Below, piece by piece: positions 13,345 to 24,235 of a stretch of DNA of 64,000 bases. Location: positions 5,216,001 to 5,280,000 of the forward strand of contig OY969474.1 of NCBI GenBank assembly GCA_963700145.1. Reading direction: 5' to 3'. The notes under the pieces are model-generated. The model worked only from the letters and a program-made list of their open reading frames with translations, made no database searches and had not been told where the DNA came from. The stretch comes from an uncultured Acidobacteriota bacterium. Lineage in GTDB: Bacteria; Acidobacteriota; Thermoanaerobaculia; Multivoradales; UBA5704. Made by a program: the position numbers and the translations under genes. Within the stretch, counting starts at the first letter, position 1; the number at the start of each line of letters is the position of its first letter.

Positions 13345-14596
13345 CGCGCGCAATCGCTCCGAGCTGCCGGGCTACTTCGGCCCCTACGGCGGCCGCTTCG
13401 TCCCGGAGACGCTGATGGCGCCGCTGGCGGAGCTGGCGCGGGCCTACGACAAGGCGCGCCGGCAGCGCGGCTTCCAGCGCCGGCTCGACGAGGTGCTGCG
13501 CGACTTCGCCGGCCGGCCGACGCCGCTCTTCCACGCCGAGCGGCTGTCGCGCGAGCTGGGCGGGGCGCGCATCTACCTCAAGCGCGAGGACCTCCTCCAC
13601 ACCGGCGCGCACAAGATCAACAACGCCCTCGGCCAGGCGCTCCTCGCCCGCGGCATGGAGAAGGCGCGGGTGATCGCCGAGACCGGCGCCGGCCAGCACG
13701 GCGTCGCCGCCGCCACCGCCGCGGCCTTCTTCGGCCTCTCCTGCACGGTCTACATGGGCAGCGAGGACATGCGGCGCCAGCGCCTCAACGTCGACCGCAT
13801 GCGCCTGCTCGGCGCCGAGGTGGTGCCGGTGGACGCCGGCAGCCGCACCCTCAAGGACGCCATCAACGAGGCGCTGCGCGACTGGGTGACCAACGTCCGC
13901 ACCACCCATTACATCCTCGGCTCGGTGCTCGGCCCCGATCCTTACCCGCGGATGGTGCGCGACTTCCAGAAGGTGATCGGCGAGGAGGCGCGGCTGCAGC
14001 TCCGCCGCCAGGCGCGGGTGCCGCGCCCAGACCTGGTGGTGGCCTGCATCGGCGGCGGCAGCAACGCGATCGGCCTCTTCTCGGCCTTCCTCGACGACCC
14101 GCGGGTGCGGCTGATCGGCGTCGAGGCGGCCGGGCGCGGCATCGTCCCCGGCCAGCACGCGGCGCGCTTCGCCGGCGGCTCGCTCGGCGTCCTCCACGGC
14201 ACCCGCACCCTGGTGCTCCAGGACGCCGAGGGGCAGATCTCGAATACGCACTCGGTCTCGGCGGGCCTCGACTACCCGGCGGTCGGGCCGGAGCACGTCC
14301 TGCTGCGCGACCGCGGGCGGGTCGAGTACACCTCGGCTACCGACGCCGAGGCGGTCGATGCCTTCCACCTCCTCGCCCGCACCGAAGGGATCCTGCCGGC
14401 CCTCGAGAGCGCCCACGCCCTCGCCGAGGTGACGCGCCACGCGCCGCGCCTGTCGCGCGAGCGGGTGGTGCTGGTCAACCTCTCGGGGCGCGGCGACAAG
14501 GACCTCGAGTCGGTGATGGAGTTCGACCGCGCGCGGGCCGGGGAGGGGGGCGAGACCGGGCGGCGCCTGGCCGAGGTGCGGAGGTTCGGGCGGTGA
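13337..14596 (+). CDS. trpB: tryptophan synthase beta chain
   Basis: [37 protein letters not shown] and NLSGRGDKD motifs. Confidence 0.98.
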   Translation: MADARNRSELPGYFGPYGGRFVPETLMAPLAELARAYDKARRQRGFQRRLDEVLRDFAGRPTPLFHAERLSRELGGARIYLKREDLLHTGAHKINNALGQALLARGMEKARVIAETGAGQHGVAAATAAAFFGLSCTVYMGSEDMRRQRLNVDRMRLLGAEVVPVDAGSRTLKDAINEALRDWVTNVRTTHYILGSVLGPDPYPRMVRDFQKVIGEEARLQLRRQARVPRPDLVVACIGGGSNAIGLFSAFLDDPRVRLIGVEAAGRGIVPGQHAARFAGGSLGVLHGTRTLVLQDAEGQISNTHSVSAGLDYPAVGPEHVLLRDRGRVEYTSATDAEAVDAFHLLARTEGILPALESAHALAEVTRHAPRLSRERVVLVNLSGRGDKDLESVMEFDRARAGEGGETGRRLAEVRRFGR

Positions 14597-15414
14597 GCCC
14601 GCTCGACGAGGTCTTCCGCCGCTGCGCCGAGGAGCGCCGGGCGGCCTTCATCCCGTTCCTGATGGCCGGCGACCCCGACCTCGGGACGACCGAGGCACTG
14701 CTCGAGGCCGTCGCCGCCGGCAGCGCCGACCTGATCGAGCTGGGGGTGCCTTTCTCCGACCCCATCGCCGACGGTCCGGTCAACCAGCGGGCGGCGGCCC
14801 GCGCCCTCGCCGCCGGCACCAAGCTCTCCGGCATCCTCCACACCGTCGCCGCGGTGCGCGACCGGCTGGGGCTGCCGATCGTCCTCTTCACCTACTTCAA
14901 CCCGCTGCACGCCCGCGGCCTCGAGCGCTTCGCCGAGCAGGCGGCGGCGAGCGGTGTCGACGGCGTCCTCTGCGTCGACCTGCCGCCGGAGGAGGCCGAG
15001 CGCGAGCTGGTGCCGGCGCTGGCGGCGCAGGGGATCGACACGATCTTCCTCCTCGCCCCGACCAGCACGCGCGAGCGGGTGCAGCGGGTGGCGCGCCTCG
15101 CCTCGGGGTTCGTCTACTACGTCTCGCGCACCGGCGTCACCGGCGAGCGCGACGCCCTGCCGCCGGACCTGGCGCGCGAGGTGCGCCGCGTGCGGCGCAA
15201 GCTCGACCAGCCGCTGGCGGTCGGCTTCGGCATCTCGACCCCGGCGCAGGTGGCGGCGCTGGGCGAGGTGGCCGACGGCATCGTCGTCGGCAGCGCGCTC
15301 GTCCGCCTCGTCGAGCAGATGGGCAACGACCCGGGGCTGCCGGAGGCGCTGGAGGAGCGGGTGCGGCAGCTCTCCGCCCCCCTCCGCCGCCGCGCCGAGC
15401 GCCGCCGTGCGTAG
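14593..15414 (+). CDS. trpA: tryptophan synthase alpha chain
   Basis: [30 protein letters not shown] and VVGSA motifs. Confidence 0.97.
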   Translation: MSPLDEVFRRCAEERRAAFIPFLMAGDPDLGTTEALLEAVAAGSADLIELGVPFSDPIADGPVNQRAAARALAAGTKLSGILHTVAAVRDRLGLPIVLFTYFNPLHARGLERFAEQAAASGVDGVLCVDLPPEEAERELVPALAAQGIDTIFLLAPTSTRERVQRVARLASGFVYYVSRTGVTGERDALPPDLAREVRRVRRKLDQPLAVGFGISTPAQVAALGEVADGIVVGSALVRLVEQMGNDPGLPEALEERVRQLSAPLRRRAERRRA

Positions 15415-15436
15415 CGCCCGGCCTACGTGCCGGGCG
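15411..15436 (+). repeat. GTAG-type REP family B (GTAG-CGCCCGGC-loop-GCCGGGCG), copy 1
   Basis: GTAG followed by an 8-bp stem; other copies at 20298-20357 and 58586-58611. Confidence 0.85.
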
Positions 15437-15444
15437 TTTTCGCG

Positions 15445-16131
15445 ATGAGCCCCGACCCGATCGCGCTGGAAGTCCCGGCGCAGGTCCACGGGCACGTCCT
15501 GCTGCGCGTCCCCGACGGCGAGCCGCCGGCGGGCGGCTGGCCGCTCCTGGCCGGCTTCCACGGCTATGCCGAGACCGCCGAGAAGCACCTGGCGCAGCTC
15601 GCGACGATCCCCGGATCCGACGGCTGGGCGCTCTGCGCCGTCCAGGCCCTCCACCCCTTCTACACCCGCGGCAACGAGGTGGTGGCGGGGTGGATGACCC
15701 GCTTCGCGCGCGAGCGCGCGATCGCCGACAACACCGCCTACGTCGCCGCGGCGTTGGCCGCCGCGCGCGCGCGCCTGGGCGCCGCCGGCGCCGGCCGGCT
15801 CGCCTTCCTCGGCTTTTCGCAGGGGGTGGCGATGGCCTACCGCGCCGCCGCCGACCACGCCCGCCGCGGCGTCGCGTGCCAGGGCCTCGTGGCGCTGGCG
15901 GGCGACGTGCCGCCCGAGCTGGCCGACATGGACCTGAGCGGCTTTCCGGCCGTCCTCATCGGCCGCGGCACGCGCGAGGAGTGGTACTCGGAAGAGAAGC
16001 TGGCCGCCGATCTGGCGCTCCTGGCCGGGAAGGGCGTGGCGGCGCGCGCCGCCCGCTTCGAGGGCGGGCACGAGTGGACCGATCCCTTCCGCCGCGCCGC
16101 CGGCGAGTTCCTCGCCGGCGTCCTCGCCTGA
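15445..16131 (+). CDS. phospholipase/carboxylesterase family alpha/beta hydrolase
   Basis: FHGY, GFSQG nucleophile motif and FEGGH. Confidence 0.85.
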   Translation: MSPDPIALEVPAQVHGHVLLRVPDGEPPAGGWPLLAGFHGYAETAEKHLAQLATIPGSDGWALCAVQALHPFYTRGNEVVAGWMTRFARERAIADNTAYVAAALAAARARLGAAGAGRLAFLGFSQGVAMAYRAAADHARRGVACQGLVALAGDVPPELADMDLSGFPAVLIGRGTREEWYSEEKLAADLALLAGKGVAARAARFEGGHEWTDPFRRAAGEFLAGVLA

Positions 16132-16163
16132 AACAGAAAGGGCGCCCTTTGGCGGGGCGCCCT
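16132..16163 (-). terminator. intrinsic terminator
   Basis: GGGCGCCC stem followed by TTTCTGTTT on the minus strand, between convergent genes. Confidence 0.7.
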
Positions 16164-16188
16164 CAGAGAAGTCCAGTGAGACCGAGGG

Positions 16189-16425
16189 TTACTGGGCCGG
16201 CGGGGGCTCGGTCGTGCCAGTCGTCGCGTCGGTGGCCATGTCGGTGGTCATGTCCGTCGTGCCCGTGTCCAGCGGCTCGGTCGTCATGTCCATCCCGGTG
16301 TCCGTCACGGCGTCGGTGACCGCGTCGGTCCCGTCGTCGTCGTCCCGGTCGCCACAGGCCACCATCGGCACCATGACCCCGGCCAGCAGCAGGCACAGCA
16401 TGCTGAAGTGGATGAACTTCTTCAT
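16189..16425 (-). CDS. small Asp/Thr-rich lipoprotein
   Basis: Signal peptide with MVAC lipobox, acidic low-complexity tail, SD GGGGAG. Confidence 0.7.
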   Translation of the reverse strand: MKKFIHFSMLCLLLAGVMVPMVACGDRDDDDGTDAVTDAVTDTGMDMTTEPLDTGTTDMTTDMATDATTGTTEPPPAQ

Positions 16426-16478
16426 CTGTCTTCTCCCCTTTGTAATTGACTGGATGATATGAAACGGGATGGCGACGA

Positions 16479-16799
16479 TCAGCTCTGGTCGCCGACCTTG
16501 ATCAAGTTTATCACCCTCTTGACGCCGTCGGTGGTGCGGGCCAGCTCCTCGGCCTCGGAGCGCGCTTCGGCCTTCTCCACCCGGCCCTGCAGCGTGACCA
16601 CCCCCTCGTTGGTGTCCACGTCGATGTTGAACGGGTTGATGTCGCCGTCGGCCGCCAGCTTGGCCTTGACCGCGGCGGTGATCGCGGCGTCGTCCACTTG
16701 CGTTCCCGCGGTGGTGGTGGAGCTGCAGGCGACCAGCGAGGTCACGGCCACGACGGCCAGTACCAGCAGCAGGATCCGGTGTGCGCTTACCTTGTTCAT
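16479..16799 (-). CDS. BON-domain (OsmY-like) lipoprotein
   Basis: LVAC lipobox; DAAITAAVKAKL...IDVDT..GVVTLQG...GVKRVIN. Confidence 0.92.
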   Translation of the reverse strand: MNKVSAHRILLLVLAVVAVTSLVACSSTTTAGTQVDDAAITAAVKAKLAADGDINPFNIDVDTNEGVVTLQGRVEKAEARSEAEELARTTDGVKRVINLIKVGDQS

Positions 16800-16879
16800 C
16801 TCGTCCTCCTCACGTTGCTAGACCTGAGTTGTTTCCTTCCGGGCTCGTCGGCACAGACTGCTCTACGGAGGACCAAGAA

Positions 16880-16895
16880 AGCAGGTTCTGTGCCA
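16880..16895 (-). promoter_or_regulatory. putative sigma-54 promoter for the BON lipoprotein operon
   Basis: Minus strand TGGCAC-AGAAC-CTGCT. Confidence 0.7.
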
Positions 16896-16989
16896 TTCGC
16901 CCGGGAAGGTAGGTCGTCGCAGGTGAGGTCGGGGCGTGCGGCGGAGTATACGCAGGCAGCCCCGGCGCCTCAAGGGGGGAGTCAACCCC

Positions 16990-18333
16990 CTATTCCAGCT
17001 TGTACGTATTCAGCCGGTTGTAGAGCGTCTTGAGGCTCACCCCGAGCACCTCCGCCGCCTTCCGCTTGTTCCCGCCGTGGAGCTCGAGGGTGGCCAGGAT
17101 CAGGCGCTTCTCGACGTCGGCGATCGAGGCGCCGACCTGGAAGTGCAGGCTCCTGGCGCCGCCCGAGTCGCCGCCCAGCTCGTGCGGCAGGCAGCGGGGG
17201 GTGATCTCGCCGTCGGCCATGATGTAGGCGCGGTGGACGACGTTCTTGAGCTCGCGCACGTTGCCCGGCCAGGAGTGCTCGCGGAACCGCTCCATCGCCT
17301 CCTCGGAGAGCGTCTTGGCGGTCCCCTCGTGCTGGTTGAGCTCGGAGAGGAAGTAGTGGGCGAGGAGGTCGACGTCGTCGCCGCGGTCGCGCAGGGGCGG
17401 CATCAGGATGGGGAAGACCGACAGCCGGTAGAGGAGGTCCTCGCGCAGCTTGCCGTCCTTGACCGCCTGGTGCGGGTCGCGGTTGGAGGCGGCGATGACC
17501 CGCACGTTGACCTCCACCGGATGGTCGCCGCCGATGCGCATGAAGCCGCCGGTCTCCAGCACCCGCAGGAGCTTGACCTGGAGCTCGATCGGCATCTCGG
17601 TGATCTCGTCGAGGAACAGGCTCCCGTTGTTGGCGCGCTCGAAGTAGCCCTTGTGCAGGCGGGCGGCGCCGGTGAAGCTGCCGCGCTCGTGGCCGAAGAG
17701 CTCGCTCTCGATGAGGGTCGGCGAGATGGCGCCGCAGTTGAGCGGCAGGAACGGCGCCCGGACGCGGCGCGACAGCAGGTGGAGGCTCTGCGCCGCCAGG
17801 TCCTTGCCGGTGCCGCTCTCGCCGACGAAGAAGACGGTGGCGTCGGTCGGCGCCACCCGGGTCATCATCTCGTAGACCGCGTGCATCGGCGGCGAGGCGC
17901 CGAGCAGCAGCTCGAGGCGGTCGGACTCGCGTTCCTGCGGCTGCGCCGCGGCCGTGGCGGACGGCGTCGCCGCCGGCCGGGCGCTCGCCACGTTGGCGAG
18001 GATCGCCTTCAGGCGGCTGATGTCGAGCGGCTTGGTGAGGTAGTCGCTGGCCCCCAGCCGCAGCGCCTGGACGGCGCTCTCGACGTCGGCGTGGCCGGTC
18101 ATCAGCACGACCTCGGTCGGCCGGTCGCGGTCGAGGTCCTTGAGCAGCTCGGTGCCGCGCCCGTCCGGCAGGTAGAGGTCGATCAGCGCCACGTCGGGGG
18201 TGCGGTGGCTGACCTGCGTGCGCGCGTCGCGCAGGTTGGTGGCGATGTTGGTGGTGAAACCCTGCGCCTCGATCAGCTCGGCGAGCGCCGAGAGGAAGTT
18301 CGGGTCGTCGTCGACGGCGAGGGCGTGTGGCAT
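16990..18333 (-). CDS. sigma-54-dependent response regulator (NtrC family: REC-AAA+-Fis HTH)
   Basis: VDDD receiver, [38 protein letters not shown] and C-terminal HTH. Confidence 0.95.
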   Translation of the reverse strand: MPHALAVDDDPNFLSALAELIEAQGFTTNIATNLRDARTQVSHRTPDVALIDLYLPDGRGTELLKDLDRDRPTEVVLMTGHADVESAVQALRLGASDYLTKPLDISRLKAILANVASARPAATPSATAAAQPQERESDRLELLLGASPPMHAVYEMMTRVAPTDATVFFVGESGTGKDLAAQSLHLLSRRVRAPFLPLNCGAISPTLIESELFGHERGSFTGAARLHKGYFERANNGSLFLDEITEMPIELQVKLLRVLETGGFMRIGGDHPVEVNVRVIAASNRDPHQAVKDGKLREDLLYRLSVFPILMPPLRDRGDDVDLLAHYFLSELNQHEGTAKTLSEEAMERFREHSWPGNVRELKNVVHRAYIMADGEITPRCLPHELGGDSGGARSLHFQVGASIADVEKRLILATLELHGGNKRKAAEVLGVSLKTLYNRLNTYKLE

Positions 18334-18367
18334 TCGATGGTGAGCTCCCCGGAGCCGAGGAGGCTCC

Positions 18368-19081
18368 CTAGCGGTTGGCTGCCGGCCATTGTAGCTCGTA
18401 GGCGGTCGGCCGGCCGGCCGGTCCGTGGCGCCGCAGCTCGCCGCCGCTCGCCGCCAGCAGCGTTTCGGCGACCTCCAGCGTGGCGGGGTCCTCGGCCGGC
18501 CTGGCCTGCGGCTCGATCCCGGCCTGCAGCGGTGCGACCGGCTCGCCGGCGATCGTCAGGCAGAGCCGCCCGTCGCCGTTGGCGACGCGCAGCGCCAAGG
18601 TGGAGCCGCCGGCAGTCCCTTCGAGGCCGGCCAGCCCGACGAGGAGGAGCGCCTGCTTGAGCAGGTGCCGGACGCCGAGGACCGTCGCCGGCTCGTCCGG
18701 GCCCTCGAGGTCGACCTGCACCTGGCGCTTCCGCGCCGGCGCCACGAGGAGAGCGGCGAGCTCGCCGGCCAGCTCGCCCAGGTCCATGCTCTCGGGCTCC
18801 GCCGAGCGCTCGGCGGTCTGCGCCAGCCAGATCTCGATGCCGCGGTGGAGGCGCGACAGCTCTTCGCGCAGGACGCGCAGGTAGCGCGCCTGCCGCTCGC
18901 GCGCCTTGGGGTCGGAGGCGAGGCTGCCGGTGATGGTCTCCTTGAGGATCTCCAGGTTGAAGACCATCGAGTTGATCGGCGCCCGCAGGTCGTGGGCCAC
19001 CGCCGGGGTGATGGCGGCGACCGCCCGCATGTGCGCCGCCAGGCGCCGCTCGTCGGCGCGGTCGGGCTGCTCTGACGTCAT
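18368..19081 (-). CDS. sensor-less HisKA protein with degenerate ATPase domain (ChpT-like phosphotransferase?)
   Basis: H-box AHDLRAPIN present; N-box position reads LKQALLLVGLAG; no DxGxG seen. Confidence 0.65.
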   Translation of the reverse strand: MTSEQPDRADERRLAAHMRAVAAITPAVAHDLRAPINSMVFNLEILKETITGSLASDPKARERQARYLRVLREELSRLHRGIEIWLAQTAERSAEPESMDLGELAGELAALLVAPARKRQVQVDLEGPDEPATVLGVRHLLKQALLLVGLAGLEGTAGGSTLALRVANGDGRLCLTIAGEPVAPLQAGIEPQARPAEDPATLEVAETLLAASGGELRRHGPAGRPTAYELQWPAANR

Positions 19082-19206
19082 GGCGAGGACCCTCCGACCC
19101 GCGAAATATTTACATCGACCGAGCGGGGCGTGGGGCTCGGTGACGACGCGGCAGATTGCATGGGTGTCGGAACGAGGTAAGCAAGCGCGGTGCCGAGCCG
19201 CGGCTC

Positions 19207-19222
19207 CGGCACGACGCGTGCA
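19207..19222 (+). promoter_or_regulatory. possible sigma-54 promoter for topoisomerase IB
   Basis: CGGCAC-GACGC-GTGCA close to the ATG at 19238. Confidence 0.5.
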
Positions 19223-19237
19223 CCCGGCCCCGGCGCC

Positions 19238-20297
<1,060 letters not shown>

Positions 20298-20311
<14 letters not shown>

Positions 20312-20357
20312 GCCGGGCGCTACGAAACCCCGTAGCGCCCGGCCCACGTGCCGGGCG
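20298..20357. repeat. inverted doublet of GTAG REP family B
   Basis: Reverse copy 20298-20323 and forward copy 20332-20357; contains the topoisomerase IB stop. Confidence 0.85.
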
Positions 20358-20371
20358 TGGCTCTTCTACCG

Positions 20372-20443
20372 TTACGATCTCGCCGCCGTTCGGGTGGAGC
20401 CCGTCTGCTTCTTCGCGGGGGGCTTGCGCTTCTTGGCGGCCAT
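20372..20443 (-). CDS. putative 23-aa basic microprotein (MAAKKRKPPAKKQTGSTRTAARS)
   Basis: Strong SD AAGGGAGG before the ATG; lies downstream of the DUF892 gene. Confidence 0.45.
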   Translation of the reverse strand: MAAKKRKPPAKKQTGSTRTAARS

Positions 20444-20523
20444 CTCGAAAGCCCTCCCTTGCCCTGAAATGCGACGGGCGCTCCCGGAGGAGCGCCCGCC
20501 TCGGCCCACCGGACTCCCGCGTC

Positions 20524-21018
20524 TTAGCGGACCAGGGCCTCCACGTTGACGTGGCTCTCGGCCAGCTTGGTCAGCTTCTCGTCGGTCAGCTTCTCCTCGC
20601 TCAGGTTCTGCTTGAGGAGGGTCAGGGCCTCCCGCTCGCCGAGCATCTCGGCCCAGGTGCAGAGGGTGCCGTAGGTCGCGATCTCGTAGTGCTCGACCTT
20701 CTGGGCGGCGGCGATCAGGGCCGCGTCGCGCGTGGCGTCGTCGCCGCGCATCTTGACGGTCTCGTTGCCTTCCTTGATGAGCCCCTTCATCCCCTCGCAG
20801 GTCTTCCCCTTCGCCTTCTCGCTCAGCCGCTCGAAGACCCGCTCGAGCCGCCCGATCTGCCCCTCGGTCTGCTTCAGGTGCTGCGCGAAGCCGTTCTTGA
20901 GGTCGGGCGCTGTGGCCGCTTCCTGCATCTTCGGCAGGGCGCCGAGGACCTGCTTTTCGGCGTCGTAGATGTCCTGGAGCTCGTGGAAGAAGAGTTCTCT
21001 CAGTGATTCGAGCTTCAT
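20524..21018 (-). CDS. ferritin-like DUF892 (YciE/YciF) stress protein
   Basis: ELQDIYDAEKQ, CEGMKGLI, AAQKVEHYEIATYG and EEKLTD motifs. Confidence 0.93.
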   Translation of the reverse strand: MKLESLRELFFHELQDIYDAEKQVLGALPKMQEAATAPDLKNGFAQHLKQTEGQIGRLERVFERLSEKAKGKTCEGMKGLIKEGNETVKMRGDDATRDAALIAAAQKVEHYEIATYGTLCTWAEMLGEREALTLLKQNLSEEKLTDEKLTKLAESHVNVEALVR

Positions 21019-21133
21019 GCAGTGCCTCCTTCGCTGAACTGTTGATCAGATTGGCGCGGCGCCCGGGGCCGTGACCCGCTGCATCCTCGTGATGTGCGGC
21101 CACCGGGCGTCGCGCCGGCCGCCCTCAAGAGGT

Positions 21134-21149
21134 CGCAAGAAGCGTGCCG
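21134..21149 (-). promoter_or_regulatory. putative sigma-54 promoter for the DUF892 gene
   Basis: Minus strand CGGCAC-GCTTC-TTGCG. Confidence 0.68.
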
Positions 21150-21161
21150 GAGAGGAGGCGG

Positions 21162-22610
21162 CTAGCGCCCCGGTGCCGGGGGCTCGGGGATGGTGATGTC
21201 CACCGCCGTTACCGGGCCGAAATCGGTGAGCGGCCGGTCGCGCCCCTCGGGGGGGCCGACGACCAGGATCGCGAACTCGCCGGGGCGCAGGTGCTTGGCG
21301 GCGGCGGCGCGCACCTGGGCGGTGGTGACCGCCTCGATCCCCTGGCGGTAGCGCGACAGCCAGTCGAGCGGGTAGCCGTAGTACTCGAAGGTGAGCTGCT
21401 GCCCCAGGATCTTGCGCGGCGAGTCGGAGTTGAAGACGAAGGAGCTCAAGATCGCCTGCTTGGCCTTGGCGGCCTCCTCGTCGCTCGGCGGCTTGGCCAC
21501 CATGTTGCGCGCCTCCTCGAGCAGAGCGTCGATCGCCGCGCCGGTGGTCTCGCGCTTGGTGGTCAGGAAGAGGGTCGTCGTCCCCGGGTGGTCCCACTGG
21601 CTGCCGACGCTGCCGGAGACCGCGTAGGCCAGCCCCTTCTGGGTGCGGATCGTCGTGAAGAGGCGCGAGGCGAAGGAGCCGGAGAGCACCTGGTTCATCA
21701 CCTCGACGGCGTAGAAGTCCGGCGCGTCCTTGCGGATCCCCTGGTAGCCGATGGCGACGCTCGACTGCGCCAGGTCCGGCCGCTCGATCAGGTAGACCCC
21801 CGGCGGCACGCGGTCGCGGAAGGCGACGTCCGCCGCGGCGCCGGCCGTGCCGCGCGGCCAGTCGCCGAAGGCCTCGCGCACCAGCGCCAGCGCCTCGGCG
21901 GCGCGGAAGTCGCCGACCAGCCCCAAGACGATGCGCTCGGGGTGGAAGTGCTCGCGGTGCCAGGCGGCCAGGTCGGCCGGCCCGATCGCCGCCACCGAGG
22001 CGTAGGTCGGCTGCTGCACGTACGGCGACTCCGGGCCGTAGACGATCTCCTCGAACTCACGGAAGAGGATGGTCAGCGGGTCGTCGTTCTGCCGCGAGAT
22101 GTCCGCCACCACCTGGTTCTTCGCCACCTCCAGCTTCATCGGGTCGAAGGCCGGCTCGCGCAGCACCTCGGCGAAGAGCTTGAGCATCTCGGGGAAGTCC
22201 TTGGTCAGGCTGGAGAGCGAGGCGCGGCCGGAGGTCTCGCCGATCGAGGTCTCGATCGACGCGGCGCGGCTCTCGAGCAGGTCGTCGAGCTGGTCGCCGG
22301 TGCGCTTCTTGGTGCCGCCGGTGCGCAGCACCTGGCCGGTCAGGTCGGCGAGCCCGGCCTTGGCCGCCGGCTCGAGGCGCGAGCCGGTGCGGATGACGGC
22401 GGAGGCCTCGATCAGCGGCAGCTCGTGGTCCTCGAGCAGGAGGACGACGAGGCCGTTGTCGAGCACCACGCGCTCCGGCACCGGGATGCGCTGCTCGGGC
22501 AGCGGCGGGAACTTGAGCTGATCGACCTTCTCGACCTGCGCCACGGCGGGGGCGAAGGCGGCGGCCAGGAGGCACGAGGCCAGGAGGAGCGTGCGGGTGG
22601 TCGGTCTCAT
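21162..22610 (-). CDS. M16 (pitrilysin-family) peptidase, non-catalytic subunit
   Basis: Signal peptide, LDNGL, SRLFTTIRTQKGLAY; lacks HxxEH. Confidence 0.88.
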   Translation of the reverse strand: MRPTTRTLLLASCLLAAAFAPAVAQVEKVDQLKFPPLPEQRIPVPERVVLDNGLVVLLLEDHELPLIEASAVIRTGSRLEPAAKAGLADLTGQVLRTGGTKKRTGDQLDDLLESRAASIETSIGETSGRASLSSLTKDFPEMLKLFAEVLREPAFDPMKLEVAKNQVVADISRQNDDPLTILFREFEEIVYGPESPYVQQPTYASVAAIGPADLAAWHREHFHPERIVLGLVGDFRAAEALALVREAFGDWPRGTAGAAADVAFRDRVPPGVYLIERPDLAQSSVAIGYQGIRKDAPDFYAVEVMNQVLSGSFASRLFTTIRTQKGLAYAVSGSVGSQWDHPGTTTLFLTTKRETTGAAIDALLEEARNMVAKPPSDEEAAKAKQAILSSFVFNSDSPRKILGQQLTFEYYGYPLDWLSRYRQGIEAVTTAQVRAAAAKHLRPGEFAILVVGPPEGRDRPLTDFGPVTAVDITIPEPPAPGR

Positions 22611-24151
22611 CGGCCTTCCTCCGGCGGCGCGGCGGCGGCCGGCTGCGGCGGCGGCGCCACCGTCTCGATGACCGCCACCGTCCGGTTGACGTCCTTGAAC
22701 ACCTCGTTGGCGACGCGGCGGATGTCGGCCTTGGTGACCTTGTCCAGCCGCTCGATCGAGCGGAACAGCTCCCGCCAGTCGCCGTAGAGCCGCTGGTAGC
22801 CGGCGAGCTGGATCGCCAGCCCCTGGTTGCTCGCCAGGCCGCGGAGGAGGTCGGCCTTCGCCCGCGTCTTGAACTTGGCCAGCTCGTCGTCGGTGACGTC
22901 CTCGGTCTTCAAGCGCTCGATCTCCTCGCGCACCGCCGCCTCGACCTGCGCGTTGGTCACCCCGCGCGCCGGCACGGCGTAGACCGCCCAGAGGTTCGGG
23001 TACTTCTCGCCCGGGAAGCCGGAGAAGGAGGCGGCGAAGACCGCCAGCCGCTTGTCGCGCACCAGGGCGCGGTAGAGGCGGGAGGTGCGGCCGTTCGAGA
23101 GCACGTCGTCGATGGCGTCGTAGACCGCCTGGTCGGGGTGGGTGGAGGCCGGCTTGTGGTAGCCCTCGAGATAGAAGGGCTGCGACGGGTCCTCGAGCGC
23201 CACGCGCTTCTCGGCGATCTGCGGCGGCTCGACGGTGCGCAGCACCGGCGCCGGCGGCCCCGGCGGGATGCGGCCGAAGTACTTCTCGAGCAGAGGGATC
23301 AGGGCGTCGGTGTCGAAGTGGCCGACGACCGCGGTGATCATGTTCTGCGGCGCGTAGTAGGTGCGGTAGAAGCGCTCGGCGTCGGTCAGGGTGAACGACT
23401 GCAGGTCGCTCATGTGGCCGATCGTCGGGATGCCGTAGGTGTGGGCGTTGTAGGCGGTGGCGAGGAACTGCTCGACCAGCCGCTGGATCGGCTGGTCCAT
23501 CGCCAGCCGCCGCTCCTCCTGCACCACGTCGCGCTCGGTGTAGAACTCGCGGAAGACCGGGTCCAAGAAGCGCTCGGACTCGAGGTAGGCGAAGAGCTCG
23601 AGCTTGTTGGCCGGCAGCGAGTAGTGGTAGCCGGTCTGGTCGGCGGCGGTGAAGGCGTTCAGGCCGACGCCCCCCTCGCGCTCGATGATGTCGCCGAACT
23701 CGTTCTTGACGACGTAGGCGGCCGCCTCCTCCTGCTCCTTCTTGAAGGCGGCGAGCAGCGCCTCCACCTTCTGCGGGTCGGGCCGGAGCGCCAGGCGCTC
23801 GGCCTGGTAGGCCTGGTAGGCGGTCTCCAGCTCGGCGATCTCCTTCTTCTCGGCCGCGGCGTCGGTCGTGCCGATCCGCTCCGTGCCCTTGAAGGCCATG
23901 TGCTCGAACATGTGGGCCAGCCCGGTGATCCCGGGCACCTCCTGCGCCGAGCCGACGTCCACCAGGGTGAAGAACGAGAAGACCGGCGCCGTCGGGCGCT
24001 CGACCAGGATGAAGGTCCAGCCGTTCTTCAGCTTGTGGACGCGGGTCTTGGCCTCGAAGGAAGCCAGGTCCTGGGCGGCGGCCGGGGCGGCCAGGAGCAG
24101 CGCCAGGAGAGCGGCTGAACCGGGGAGGGGGCGGAGCGCGTGTCGTTTCAT
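22607..24151 (-). CDS. M16 zinc peptidase, catalytic subunit
   Basis: GLAHMFEHMAFKGT, LNAFT and VQEERR motifs; signal peptide. Confidence 0.92.
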   Translation of the reverse strand: MKRHALRPLPGSAALLALLLAAPAAAQDLASFEAKTRVHKLKNGWTFILVERPTAPVFSFFTLVDVGSAQEVPGITGLAHMFEHMAFKGTERIGTTDAAAEKKEIAELETAYQAYQAERLALRPDPQKVEALLAAFKKEQEEAAAYVVKNEFGDIIEREGGVGLNAFTAADQTGYHYSLPANKLELFAYLESERFLDPVFREFYTERDVVQEERRLAMDQPIQRLVEQFLATAYNAHTYGIPTIGHMSDLQSFTLTDAERFYRTYYAPQNMITAVVGHFDTDALIPLLEKYFGRIPPGPPAPVLRTVEPPQIAEKRVALEDPSQPFYLEGYHKPASTHPDQAVYDAIDDVLSNGRTSRLYRALVRDKRLAVFAASFSGFPGEKYPNLWAVYAVPARGVTNAQVEAAVREEIERLKTEDVTDDELAKFKTRAKADLLRGLASNQGLAIQLAGYQRLYGDWRELFRSIERLDKVTKADIRRVANEVFKDVNRTVAVIETVAPPPQPAAAAPPEEGR

Positions 24152-24235
24152 GCGAGGTCCTCGTCTGGGCGACACCCTTCCTACGGCGGCGCCGGGGCCG
24201 AAGTTTACCGCGGCGTGCCCGCTCGCCGCGCCGCG

